A DNA stretch of 64,000 nt. It comes from Octopus vulgaris. Its lineage: Eukaryota. Under the pieces are notes generated by a model. That model was not told the DNA's origin. It saw only the letters and a program-made list of their open reading frames with translations, and did no database searches. Positions 1 through 11,176 of the stretch are shown piece after piece (positions within the stretch are counted from its first letter, which is position 1; every line of letters begins with the position of its first letter). Location of the stretch: positions 8,246,001-8,310,000 of the forward strand of contig OX597824.1 in NCBI GenBank assembly GCA_951406725.2, read 5' to 3'. Position numbers and translations under genes: made by a program.

Positions 1-1502
1 CAGGCATAAATCTTAAAGACGCTACACGTGCCCTACTAGATGTGAAATCCCAGTGAGGCATAAATGCATCATTTTAGGGTCCATTAAATAATATTTGATT
101 GGTTGTTGTCCATTAAATTCTGGAGAAAAGAGATCATCTCTGCTGTGTGCTGTCCACCACTGGTAGAAATAGTGTTAAAACAAAGAACTTTGAAATGAGA
201 AGGTACTGGTGAAAAAAAAACAAGATTAGATCCCTTACTTGAGGTGCAGAAATGGGTTAGTGACACAAGAGCATCCAAAAGTGAAACAAGGACTCAATAA
301 AAAGTTCATGCCACCCACACTAGAATGAAAATAAATGGAAATTGAATGAACAAATGAATTCCAAAAGCTAATATTCATTTTTTGCAGCAAATACAGAAGA
401 CAATTCCAGACATGGTTCCATCATTTTCCTGACTTCAAAAGCAAAGCCATGGCCTCCAATGTACTGGCCAGTTTTGATAATGAAAGAATTGCTCACCATA
501 AAATGTACAAGACTATGCAGAGACCGGCATAAGAAAACAGAAATTTTTTTAGAGAATAAATAATTCAGAGATGGCATCCAAGACAGGAAACATTACCATT
601 TTAGTAACAATGGAACCAACAACCAACAGAGATAACACACTCGCATGTGGTTATGTCTGAATCCTGTCTATAAATAAAATATGGTATTCAAACATCTAAA
701 CATACCATCTTGATTGATTTTCAAAAGATTACAACAAGCAAACTTAAATTTTCTTCTTTCATTTTTTTTTGTTTTCCTACCTGTCTGATTAACTTTGTCT
801 AAATTCTATTTTGTATGTCCAAATTTCAGCTTACATTTTCAAAAGAAACGAATTGCTTCAAATCTGACAGTATGTGTGTTTGTGTGCATACATGCGCACA
901 CCAAACTAATTTTTCTTTTTATCTTCCTTGTCAGGAGTGATGGCCATATCTGTCACTTTCCACAGGGCCTGAGAGATTGGTGGGAAGGAGAGAGAGAGAG
1001 AGGGAAAGCTACCTTCAAGCCAGAAACCTGACACCAAATGCCTGCAACTTGGTGAACTCTGCTAAAGACACCCGAGGTGCCAGGTGATGGTGGTGTTGAA
1101 TCAGCCACTGGATGAGGCCAACCACCCAAGTAGGCCAGAGTGAGATTTGAACTCAGAATGCAAACAGTGGAAATACAACAAAGTATCCAGTTCAATATGT
1201 TTACAGTTCCACCAACCCATTAACTGAAGATTGGTATTTATTTTTCTTGAGCTTAAAAGGATGAAAGCAAAATTCACCTCTGTGAGATTTGCCAAACATT
1301 AGAACTAATACCAAGAGGCACTCTATCCAACATTCTGCCGCTTCACTGTCTTAAATCCTTTGGTAACAACCCATCAGAAAGCACACCTATTTTTATGATA
1401 TACAGCATTGCTTTTAAGGTCGTCTAAATTAGAACCTGCCAAAATAATTTTGGTAATTTCACTTTGAAGCAAGCTTAATGACAAAATTATTTTACTAAGT
1501 TC

Positions 1503-1909
1503 ATTATAGACAGAGAACACCAATGGAAAATACAGAAACTAAAAGAAGCAGCACATATGCTAGGACACAACAACCTCCTAAGCAGACCGAAAGCAGATAT
1601 GAGTAGCATATAGGAACCGGTATTAGGGAAGGATAGGAAAATATTAGATTTAAAAGCCCTAAAAATTCACTCCATAATTGCCAAGATTCTGAGTTTGATT
1701 CCAGGCAGTGACCTGAATAATAATATCGAAATATACCTTAGGAATGAGAACCCAGGTTTGAAATTTCCCCAACACACCTGATGAAGGCTGGAGGGTATAT
1801 CAGCCGAAACATTGAGTTAACAACGTACAAGATGAGGACAAATATCCGTCAAATGTAAATAATATAAATAATAATGTACATAATTCCTCATCTCTTAAAT
1901 ATAGAACTG
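1503..1909 (+). mobile_element. Penelope-like retroelement 3' fragment (GIY-YIG C-terminus + terminal repeat with hammerhead)
   Basis: Frame from 1503 reads IIDREHQWKIQKLKEAAHMLGHNNLLSRPKADMSSI*EPVL, matching the PLE endonuclease tail pattern (D.E..W..R..KEA...W.P.L, TGG>TAG at 1611). Followed by a B-box remnant and a hammerhead core. Approximate TSD tattttactaagttcatta / tattttcctaaattcatta inside a TTAA-type MITE. Confidence 0.75.
1773..1818 (+). ncRNA. minimal type-I hammerhead ribozyme motif (copy 1, degenerate)
   Basis: CTGATGA-A-GGCTG[gagggtatat]CAGCC-GAAACATT-gagtt. Perfect 5-bp stem II; stem III palindrome decayed (ACGT>ACAT). Confidence 0.65.
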
Positions 1910-1989
1910 TATTTTCCTAAATTCATTATATCTAAAATTAATTGAAACACAGGCAATGTAGTTTAACAGAAGTATGATAACAAAACAGT

Positions 1990-2212
1990 TAAAACATTAG
2001 CATTTAATCCAGTCATATCCAACCCAGATAATCTACCTGTTTTATGTTCAAACTGACAAGATCCAGCCTCTTACACCTACCCTACAATGTCATGCTAGAT
2101 ATATACAAAGAAGCCACTGAAATCTTGAAGCTACACAATGTCTGATTACTTCAAAACAATGTGAATAAATACGCAATATATTTGGCAAAGAAGTCTGAAA
2201 GCTAAAGGGCTG
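1990..2212 (+). mobile_element. TTAA-type MITE family F, degraded
   Basis: Collinear with 52889-53350 (atctacctgttttatgttcaaactg...cacctaccctacaatg...gctaaaggg). Confidence 0.6.
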
Positions 2213-3480
2213 AACTTGCTTTTTATTGCCGACATAAATAAGTGAGTACATGTAACTGAAATGGATAAGCTTCAGATCACAGAATATTTGATCAGAGCAT
2301 AAAGTACCTTGTCAAAACACACAAGCAAAAATGTCTAAATTTACAGCCCCAGCCAACCAGGTATAAAATCAAAAGGAAAAAGTAATACGTTCTGTAAAAG
2401 AGAAAAGGTGGAAAATGCAGTGTTAGGCTCTGTAATTACTCTTCTACATGAAATACCACAAAGCTAATGGTGAAGAAGAAGAAGAAGAAGAAGAAAAGGA
2501 TAAAAAACATGAGAATGTCGATAGGAGAATGAGTCTTTAGTACTTTGCTAAATAAAATGTTTTGTTACTATTTTCAACTTTACTTCAAAGTATTTCGGTC
2601 GATTTTATATTTCAACTGAAACCAGGTTGTAAAATAAGTACACGTAGCTTACGTGTAATACACATTACACCTATTTCTCTAACAAGGGGAGGGGAGAAAG
2701 AAAAAGGGGGTACATATCACACACACACACATATATATATACATATATACACATATGTACCTGAGTTACTGAGACGTGTATATTTATAAATGTGGCTTCG
2801 ATATTCATTTAAGAACTACAGCAGCTCTGAACAGCACAGCTGCTGATTCTACAAATGTCAAATACACCTGCTCTCCTAATCTATGATGGTGCAGCTAAGA
2901 CACACACACACAAAAAAAGTAAACAAATAAATAAATAAAAGTGTCCACCAGACAGGTAAATCTTTACACAAGCAATACAAAACACTATGCTATCCTCCTA
3001 CACCTCTCTCTCTCTCTCGCTCTCGCTTCTACCATCACAACACTGTTTGCTTCTATCAGCTTACTAACTATACACTACACTAAATATACACCACATATGT
3101 CTCTCACATCTCTTGACTACCATATATACTTACTTCCTTTACAATCCGTTTATCCACCTCAATCAGAAACTAACAAAATTTCAACAAATAACCTCCCTGC
3201 TGCCCCCATTTCTCAAACATGTCATCATTACTTTCAATGCAGACATCTAGAACGTTTACTTAAAGCTTTAAACAGTAGCCGTCTCCCGTACATAAAAATA
3301 TACCTTCACATTTTGGGAATTTCTGAAAATTTAGAGGAAACGAAATCTTCTTCCCTTTAATCTGTAACACACACGCAAACTGAATTGTAACATTCATTTT
3401 GTGATTGCATCTATTTTTATCAAAACGCTAACCCCTTTAGTTACCAACTTAAGTGAGACAGCCCCTGGTTCTAAAATACA

Positions 3481-3854
3481 TATTTCTTTACTACCCACAA
3501 GGGGCTACACACAGAGGGGACAAACAAGGACAGACAAACGGATTAAGTCAATTACATCGACTCCAGAGCGTAACTGGTACTTAATTTATCGACCCCGAAA
3601 GGCTGAAAGGCAAAGTCCACCTCGGCGGAATTTGAACTCAGAACGTAGCGGCAGACGAAATACCTATTTCTTTACTACCCACAAGGGGCTAAACACAGAG
3701 GAGACAAACAAGGACAAACAGATTAAGTCGATTACATTGACCCCTGTGCGCAACTGGTACTTATTTAATCGACCCCAAAAGGATGAAAGGCAAAGTCGAA
3801 ATACCGCTAAGCATTTCGCCTGCTGTGCCAATGTTTCTGCCAGCTCTCTGCCTT
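3481..3854 (-). mobile_element. tRNA-SINE family B, dimer within one TSD
   Basis: Two tandem bodies. TSD ccctggttctaaaataca at 3463-3480 and 3855-3872. Confidence 0.85.
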
Positions 3855-3951
3855 CCCTGGTTCTAAAATACAAACTTCCTTTTTTAAAGTGATTTAATTT
3901 AGAACCTTCCATTATAATTTCAAGTTTGTTTGGAACACCATCTTAATAATA

Positions 3952-4332
3952 CTTTCACTTGTTTCAGTCATTTGAGTGAGGCCATGCTAGAGCACCGCCT
4001 TTACTCGAGCAACTCGACCCTGGGACTTATTCTTTTGTAAGCCTAGTACTTATTCTATCGGTCTCTTTAGCCGAACCGCTAAGTAACGGGGACATAAACA
4101 CACCAGCATCAGTTGTCAAGCAATGCTAGGGGGACAAACACAGACACACAAACACATATATATACATATATATAACATGGGCTTCTTTCAGTTTCCGTCT
4201 ACCAAATCCACTCACAAGGTATTGGTTGGCCCGGGGCTATAGCAGAAGACACTTGCCCAAGATGCCACGCAGTGGGACTGAACCCGGAACCATGTGGTTG
4301 GTTAGCAAGCTACTTACCACACAGCCACTCCT
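3952..4332 (-). mobile_element. tRNA-SINE family A, full length
   Basis: Minus strand head aggagtggctgtgtggtaag...gggttcagtccc (A/B boxes), internal (AT/GT)n, tail ...tgactgaaacaagt. Confidence 0.9.
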
Positions 4333-4879
4333 GGATAAAATTGTTTTACTAAATACTGTGTTATTTTCAAAATCAATTAAAACATTAGCAGCGTATTTTA
4401 AAAAGGAAATATGGCAACAAAAGGGTTAAAAACCAATTATTTGAAACGTTTGTTATGTCGTAGATATGCACAACTTATTTTCAATTACGAAGACTCGAAA
4501 ATCAATTGACTGGAAATATCCTATGGAATTAAACAATCAAAACGAAAAAGTAAAATCGAAAAATAAAATGCTGTGGCCTAGTTGCTGAGTGTGTATCCAA
4601 AACAAGTTGGTAAGCATTAAATTGAGAAAGAAATTCTTTTGTCTGTCAATTATCATAACCAAGGGTCTGTCTATGGTAAAATGTTATGTTAGCAATCAAA
4701 CGCAAAATGCAGCAGTCAGCCTACCACATGCATCTGTACATGTCAGTGTTCGACAGTCGGAGAGAAGGGCAACCGAGCAGACATTGCTGTCTGTTTTACT
4801 TATCGTCTTGACAGTAAATACCCCTTAAACTTGAGCACAAAAACATACTTTACGAAGGCGGTGGAACACGAAAAGGAAA

Positions 4880-4995
4880 CAACATGGGAGGGGTAAGTTT
4901 TTTAACAAATAACAAATGTATTTAGTTTGATGCTCAAAGAGATAGATAAGAGGCTTGACGTTTCAGACATCTGTCATTCATCAGGAAAAAGAAAA
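4880..4995 (-). mobile_element. PLE terminal-repeat remnant with hammerhead-like core
   Basis: Minus strand CTGATGA-A-tGACA-ga-TGTCt-GAAACGTC (4957-4984). Stem I degenerate. Confidence 0.5.
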
Positions 4996-5829
4996 AAGGG
5001 GGGAATTGTACTCCAGAAAAAATAAAATTAAGCCAATTTAACCCCTTGATACCATAGTTTCATAGTTTGTCCCTTGATTTTATGGTACCAACTTCCTGTT
5101 TTAAAATTATCTAAAACGCAAAAATAAAAACCCACATGTGACAAGAAACCTATTCCCCGCCTTAAAAATCAATTCACATCTTTCTCGGTAGGCCAGCTGA
5201 ATACTTTAGTTTTATGATACATAACTGACACCTATATCTATATATCCCAAGCTAAACATACACAATAGAATCAATCTACAAATCTGATGGCTGAGCCCCA
5301 GCATGGGCACAACCAACAGGCTAGAACAAGCAAAGGGGTATATATAAACCAACAAGTTATTAAATGTCACTACATGAACATTAAGAAGGTAAAAAAAAAA
5401 AAGGAGCCTATTTCCTCAAAGGTAATCATTTCGAAAAATTTTTAACCCTGACCTTCCCCCTGCCACCATTCTAATTTCCAGTTTCCAAAGCTATTTAAAC
5501 ATGTCATAAATCAGACGTTTGTTCAGCTGTCAATGTTTCAAGGTATTATATCAATAACATATCGATAAAACTATATCACACAATTTGCCCTCCACCCCAA
5601 CTACCCCCTCCGATATTAAACACTCGAAATTTCCTGATACGATCGACAAAAACATTTCGCTCGCATTTTAAATAAACCTTGACCGAAATATTGAACTTGA
5701 ACAATGGAAAGGCAGCAAGATCTAAAATGAAACCGACACAGTGCCACAGACATCCTTTCTGTTCTGAAATAATATATACAAATTTATTTGATAAATAAAA
5801 TCAATTATACGTATGAAACCAATCGTGTT

Positions 5830-6240
5830 GCGCAGGAGTGGCTGTGTGGTAAGTAGTTTGCTAACCAACCGCATGGTTCCGGGTTCAGTCCCACTGCGTG
5901 GCATCTTGGACAAGTGTCTTCTGCTATAGCCCCGGGCCGACCAATGCCTTGTGAGTGGATTTGGTAGACGGAAACTGAAAGAAGCCTGTCGTATATATGT
6001 GTATGTGTTTGTGTGTATGTGTTTGTGTGTCTGTGTTTGTCCCCCTAGCATTGCTTGACAACTGATGCTGGCGTGTTTACGTCCCCATCACTTAGCGGTT
6101 CGGCAAAAGAGACCGATAGAATAAGTAGTGGGCTTACAAAGAATAAGTCCCGGGGTCGATTTGCTCGACTAAAGGCGGTGCTCCAGCATGGCTGCAGTCA
6201 AATGACTGAAACAAGTAAAAGAGTAAAAGAGAGTAAAGAG
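5830..6240 (+). mobile_element. tRNA-SINE family A, full length
   Basis: Same head and body as 3952-4332, with a (gagtaaaa)n tail. Confidence 0.9.
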
Positions 6241-7172
6241 TGTATGAATGAGGTCATATTAAAACTGAATAACTAATCTCTCACATTCTATTCTCTCTCA
6301 TTTGTAGCTTGTATTTTCATATACATTCATGGCTATACAGTAACACCTGTGACTACACGTATATTAATTCCAAGCAGTGTATTCACACACAAGTGTAGGA
6401 TCGAAATTTGCTTAGAGGGTACTAAACCAGGTCAAACCCAACATGGTTAAAGTGCTTTCATTCTCTCCTGCAGAAAAATTTTAGGGGTTGCACTTGGACA
6501 AAAGTGCACCAGGTGGATTGTGCTCAAAATTCAAAAGGGACAGCCTCGCACCCCACTGCCATACACACACACACAGTGTCATATTAAGTCTGTCTGAAAA
6601 TTGTATTGAGGGCCCGTGTGTCTGTGGAATACTCAGCCACTTAAATGGGCAGGTAATTCAATTGATTAAACAACTGAATTCTTACCAATCAACAGAGAGA
6701 GCTACCATTTACAAGAGGAAGGACTTCTCAGTTTTTGTGCTCCCTACTTCATATACACAAGCATTAACACAGCCAGAGAAAACCTGGAAGCAGGATCAGA
6801 TGTCATGTGCAAGAACATGGTTTGAAGATTTGGCTGGTAGTTCCAACAAGTCACAAAACTTTCCAAAGATGGTTCATCGACATTTAACACGTTACGGTCC
6901 AATCTCTTCTTGTCTCTGGCCCTTTCTCTCTTTTACTGAAATGAGCTTTTCTTAGGGAATCGTATGAAGGTCAAATTATAAATTAGAAAGAGAAAAGAAA
7001 AAAAAAAAAAAAGAAAATTTCCCCAAATTTATGCTATTTTCAAAATTATCATTTTTATATACTAAGATGGACTCTGTAAGATATTCTTCAATTTTATTAT
7101 CAGATGCCCTTTCATAACAAATTCTGAACTATTTTTCAAGAACATGAAGTCAGGTATCATTCATTTGTTTAA

Positions 7173-7390
7173 CCCGTTAAGTCCCACTGTCCTATAAATA
7201 GGACACTAAATGAGAACATTAAATAAGCCACATCACATTGTCTCAGTGTCCTATTTATAGGACACCGAGTATTTCCATTTCTACTTGAAGGAGTTTTAAT
7301 AATTATTTTTAAAATTTTAACCTATTTTCAATCATCTGCAAAAATTTAAAAGTAATATTCAGAAATCTAAGTACTCTGGGACTTAATGGG
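7173..7390. mobile_element. piggyBac-type MITE with TTAA TSD
   Basis: TTAA|cccgttaagtccca ... tgggacttaatggg|TTAA. Two internal near-palindromes gtcctataaataggac and gtcctatttataggac. Confidence 0.8.
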
Positions 7391-7841
7391 TTAATGTTTA
7401 TTTTTCAGAGTAAGCCTGGCATAAATAGGAACTGATATGAGGTTAAATTTTATTACTGGATGTTCTTCCTGATGCCAATCCTTCACCCGTTTTTCAATTA
7501 AGGGTTCATTTTTTTTTTTTTTTGCAGAGTTATTGTCATAATGTTGGCCAGGACCATAACCATCAATAGAGCCTCACAGAAGCAAAATAAAATAATGCCT
7601 CGATATACAATGCAATTTGTTCCCAGAGATCACATTATATGAGTCTTCTTCAGGACAGTTAGACGCTGTCCAGAAGAAGACTCATACAATCAGGTTTGGC
7701 AGAGGGAAAACAATGATGATGATGATGATGGGAATTAAACTTATTAAGCTCTGATTAAAAATTTTAAAAAAGTTAAAGCAACAAAGAAATCATATTAGAG
7801 TTAATTTGCTTTCAAAATTTAAAAACTTAAATACTTTCCAT

Positions 7842-8070
7842 GGGCATATGGCCTAGTGGTTAACAGTGCAGGCTACTAACCCCAAGATTCCGAGTTCGAT
7901 TCCAGGCAGTGACATGAATAATAACAACATTGTAAAATATCTTAGGAATGAGAACCCAGATTTGAAATTTCCCCAAGGCACCTGATGAAGTCTGGAGGGT
8001 ATATCAGCCGAAACGTTGTGTTAAGAACAAACAAGATGAGGACAAATATCCATCAAATGTAAATAATGTA
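7842..8070 (+). mobile_element. tRNA-headed SINE-like unit homologous to the PLE terminal region, containing a hammerhead
   Basis: A box TGGCCTAGTGG and B box GAGTTCGATTCC, then sequence collinear with 1681-1880. Possible TSD tttcca (7835-7840 / 8072-8077). Confidence 0.75.
7977..8022 (+). ncRNA. minimal type-I hammerhead ribozyme motif (copy 2)
   Basis: ggcac-CTGATGA-A-gtctg[loop]cagcc-GAAACGTT-gtgtt. Stem I ggcac/gtgtt, stem II with one mismatch, palindromic ACGT stem III, GUU cleavage triplet. Confidence 0.7.
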
Positions 8071-8646
8071 ATTTCCAGTTAGTTTTGCAAGGAGTTCTAC
8101 ATGAAACTTTCCAGACTGCCTAATTTCTGTCCCCACCGAAGAAAAGCAACAAATCTTATACAGAGTTATTTACCTTGGGCTTCTTGAAAACTGCAACAAG
8201 AGAGATTATTATGTCAGCCATCCCAGATAGCCATGGTTATTTTTATCACCAGTAATCATGAGTATCATCAAAACAAAAGCATTTTCTATTCCAGTATTCA
8301 ACAATTAGATAAATGCACAAAATTGCAGAAAAAAAATACTTTATTTCTATTACTGTTGTGTAGTTAAGAAATTTGCTTCCCCAACCATGCGGTCTTAGGT
8401 TCAGTCCCACTGCGTGGCACCTTGCGCCAACCAAAACCTTGAGAATGGATCTGGTAGATGGAGGCTGAAAGAAGCCCATCATATATGTGTGTGTGTATGT
8501 GTGTGTATATATATATAATAACAAAGGGTAAAATTAATTAATTAAGAAGTAATCAGTAATTTCACCAAGTAGAATTCGGCATGAAAAAGACCATTTCATG
8601 ATAAGCTTAAGTAATACTAATTATAAAGTATATATATATTTATATA

Positions 8647-8868
8647 GTCGCCTTACTGGCACTTGTGCCTCATGCTAGTAGGGTGCTAAGAGCACCGTCC
8701 GAGCGTGATCATTGCCAGAGCAGCTAACTGGCTTCCGTGCCGGTGGCATGTAAAAAGCACCATTCGAGCGTGATCGTTACCAGCATCACCTTACTGGCAC
8801 CTGTGCTGGTGGCATGTGTAAAAAGATTGGTTGTTGCCAGTACTACCTGACTGGCCCTGTGCCAGTTT
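8647..8868 (+). mobile_element. RTE LINE 3'UTR fragment (internal tandem subrepeat region)
   Basis: Reverse complement of 62600-62825 (gtgccggtggcatgtaaaaagcacc units). Confidence 0.65.
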
Positions 8869-9042
8869 CATGCTACAGAATTAAATTTCAATTTTGAAAT
8901 ATTTCTAAAAAAAAATATTAGAATTGTATAAAATTTCTCAAGAAAATCGAATATTTCAGTGACCCATGCAAGTGTCATCTATCATAGCTTCCAGCTGAAC
9001 AATGCTCTGTGAGTGAAGTTGGATGTGTGTGCATACATACCT

Positions 9043-9822
9043 ATTTCTATACTACCCACAAGGGGCTAAACACAGAGAGGACAAACAAGGACAGACAAAC
9101 GGATTAAGTCAATTATATTGACCCCAGTGCATAACTGGTACTTATTTAATCGACCCCGAAAGGATGAAAGGCAAAGTCGACCTCGGCGGAATTTGAACTC
9201 AGAATGTAGCGGCAGACGAAATACCTGTTTCTTTACTACCCACAAGGGGCTAAACACAGAGAGGACAAACAAGGACAAACGGATTAAGTCGATTATATTG
9301 ACCCCAGTGCATAACTGGTACTTATTTAATCGACCCCGAAAGGATGAAAGGCAAAGTCAACCTCGGCGGAATTTGAACTCAGAATGTAGCGGCAGATGAA
9401 ATACCTGTTTCTTTACTACCCACAAGGGGCTAAACACAGAGAGGACAAACAAGGACAGACAAACGGATTAAGTCGATTATATTGACCCCAGTGCATAACT
9501 GGTACTTATTTAATCGACCCCGAAAGGATGAAAGGCAAAGTCGACCTCGGCGGAATTTGAACTCAGAATGTAGCGGCAGACGAAATACCTGTTTCTTTAC
9601 TACCCACAAGGGGCTAAACACAGAGAGGACAAACAAGGACAGACAAACGGATTAAGTCGATTATATTGACCCCAGTGCATAACTGGTACTTATTTAATCG
9701 ACCCCGAAAGGATGAAAGGCAAAGTCAACCTCGGCGGAATTTGAACACAGAACATAACGGCAGACAAAATACCGCTAAGCATTTCGCCCGGCGTGCTAAC
9801 ATTTCTGCCAGCTCGCCGCCTT
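9043..9822 (-). mobile_element. tRNA-SINE family B, four-unit concatemer within one TSD
   Basis: Four ~182-186-nt bodies with a single 5' head (ggcggcgagctggcagaa). TSD tgtgtgcatacatacct at 9026-9042 and 9823-9839. Confidence 0.9.
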
Positions 9823-10085
9823 TGTGTGCATACATACCTAGACACACATACCTACAAACACACAAACCAACATACATACTCACACAAAGTCCGATTGTTC
9901 AGTGGTTTATCATGAAGATACAGAGTAAAGTATCCTTAAACCAAGCTGGAGTTCATGACAACGAAGGTACTCTTTTAACTCCCCCATTATGAATGTGAAC
10001 AAACCTACAATGGTTACCAAGCATCTACCACAACTCCACAAACAATGCTGGTTCTCATGTAATCCCCCTTGATGTTTAGCTTTAA

Positions 10086-10611
10086 CCCTTTAGTCTTCAG
10101 ATTCCTCTGTGAAACATAATGGCTTGTTTCTTCATAATCATCATTTAATGTCCACTTTCCATGCTGGCATGGGTTGGACGGTTTGACTGAAAACTGGTAA
10201 GCTAGGGAGCTGCACCAGGTCCCAATCTGATTTGGTAAGGTTTCTATGGCTGGATGCCTTTCCAAATGCCAACCACTCCAATAGTGTAATGGGTATTTTT
10301 TTCTGTGCCACCAGCGTGGGTGCCACTGACCTGGCACCAGCATCGGCCATGACTACAGCCCTCACTTGGCTTGACAGATCTACACAAGCATGGGATATCG
10401 CCAAAGGTCTTGGTCACCTGTCCCTACCTCCAGCGCTTTTAATGTGCCGCAGTCAGATGGCACTGGCATCGGCCACAACATTGTTTTGAATTAATCATGC
10501 ATTATCTCATAGCTTTGAGAAGTCAATGGTATGATTAATCTTCAGAATGACATTGTAGGGTATGCATGAAAAACCAGATCTGACCAGTTGGGCCAAATAT
10601 GGCTGGTTTAA
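10086..10611 (-). mobile_element. MITE family F interrupted by an RTE 3'UTR copy (10138-10480)
   Basis: TTAA|cccttt start; reverse-complement similarity to 52889-53350. The insert carries ggatgccttccaaatgccaaccactcc and a (cat)n tail. Confidence 0.6.
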
Positions 10612-10827
10612 CCCTTTCGTTATTGTATTTATTTTGAGATGTTTCTTTCAATCATTTTAAATATAACAAAGAATTTAGTAAAATAACTTAGTTATTGTCA
10701 TTAAGATAATGTTAGGAACGTAAATTGTGACTAAGGTTTGGTGGAAGATTTTAATTCAAAACTAATGAAAACAAGACATTTGTACTCAGAGCCAGAGGCA
10801 GTTTCAGCCAGGTTGGTATCAAAAGGT
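10612..10827. mobile_element. TTAA-type MITE family E
   Basis: TTAA|ccctttcgtta ... tatcaaaaggt|TTAA, inserted at the internal TTAA of MITE F. Confidence 0.75.
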
Positions 10828-10977
10828 TTAAACACACCTCTGCATTCGGGCAGATGCACATTAGAAGCAGTTAGAAGGGTGTGGATTGAAGGAAATTTAA
10901 GCTATTATTTCTAGCATATAGAGTGACCACACCGAAGTCTCCTCTTATGTCTTCTGCTGATTATTTTTCTTCTTAAA

Positions 10978-11176
10978 CCCTTTTGTCACTGTATTTCTGT
11001 TGAGATGCTCTGTGTTTCTTGCAATTAATTCTAAATATAACAAAGAATTTAGTAAAATAACTTAGTCATCATTCAGCTAGTGTTAGGAACATAAATTGTG
11101 ACTAAGGTTTGGTAGAATATTTTAATTCAAAACTTATAAGCCAGAGCCAGTTTTGGCCGGGTTAGTAACAAAAGGT
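10978..11176. mobile_element. TTAA-type MITE family E, second copy
   Basis: Direct homologue of 10612-10827 (aaagaatttagtaaaataacttag...aaattgtgactaaggtttgg). Confidence 0.75.

Larger units (their letters stand above)
3432..4425. mobile_element. TTAA-type (piggyBac-like) MITE family E hosting two SINE insertions
   Basis: Ends ccctttagttacc ... ggcaacaaaaggg|ttaa. Internal sequence related to the reverse complement of 10612-10827. Confidence 0.6.

Noticed and set aside
7842-7915. Functional tRNA gene
   Set aside because: A and B boxes are present, but the acceptor stem does not pair and the sequence runs into a repeat body. Same for the other SINE heads.
9043-9822. Repeated ORFs (NWYLFNRPRKDERQSRPRRNLNSE) as a protein family
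   Set aside because: Antisense translations of SINE B, recurring wherever the SINE occurs.
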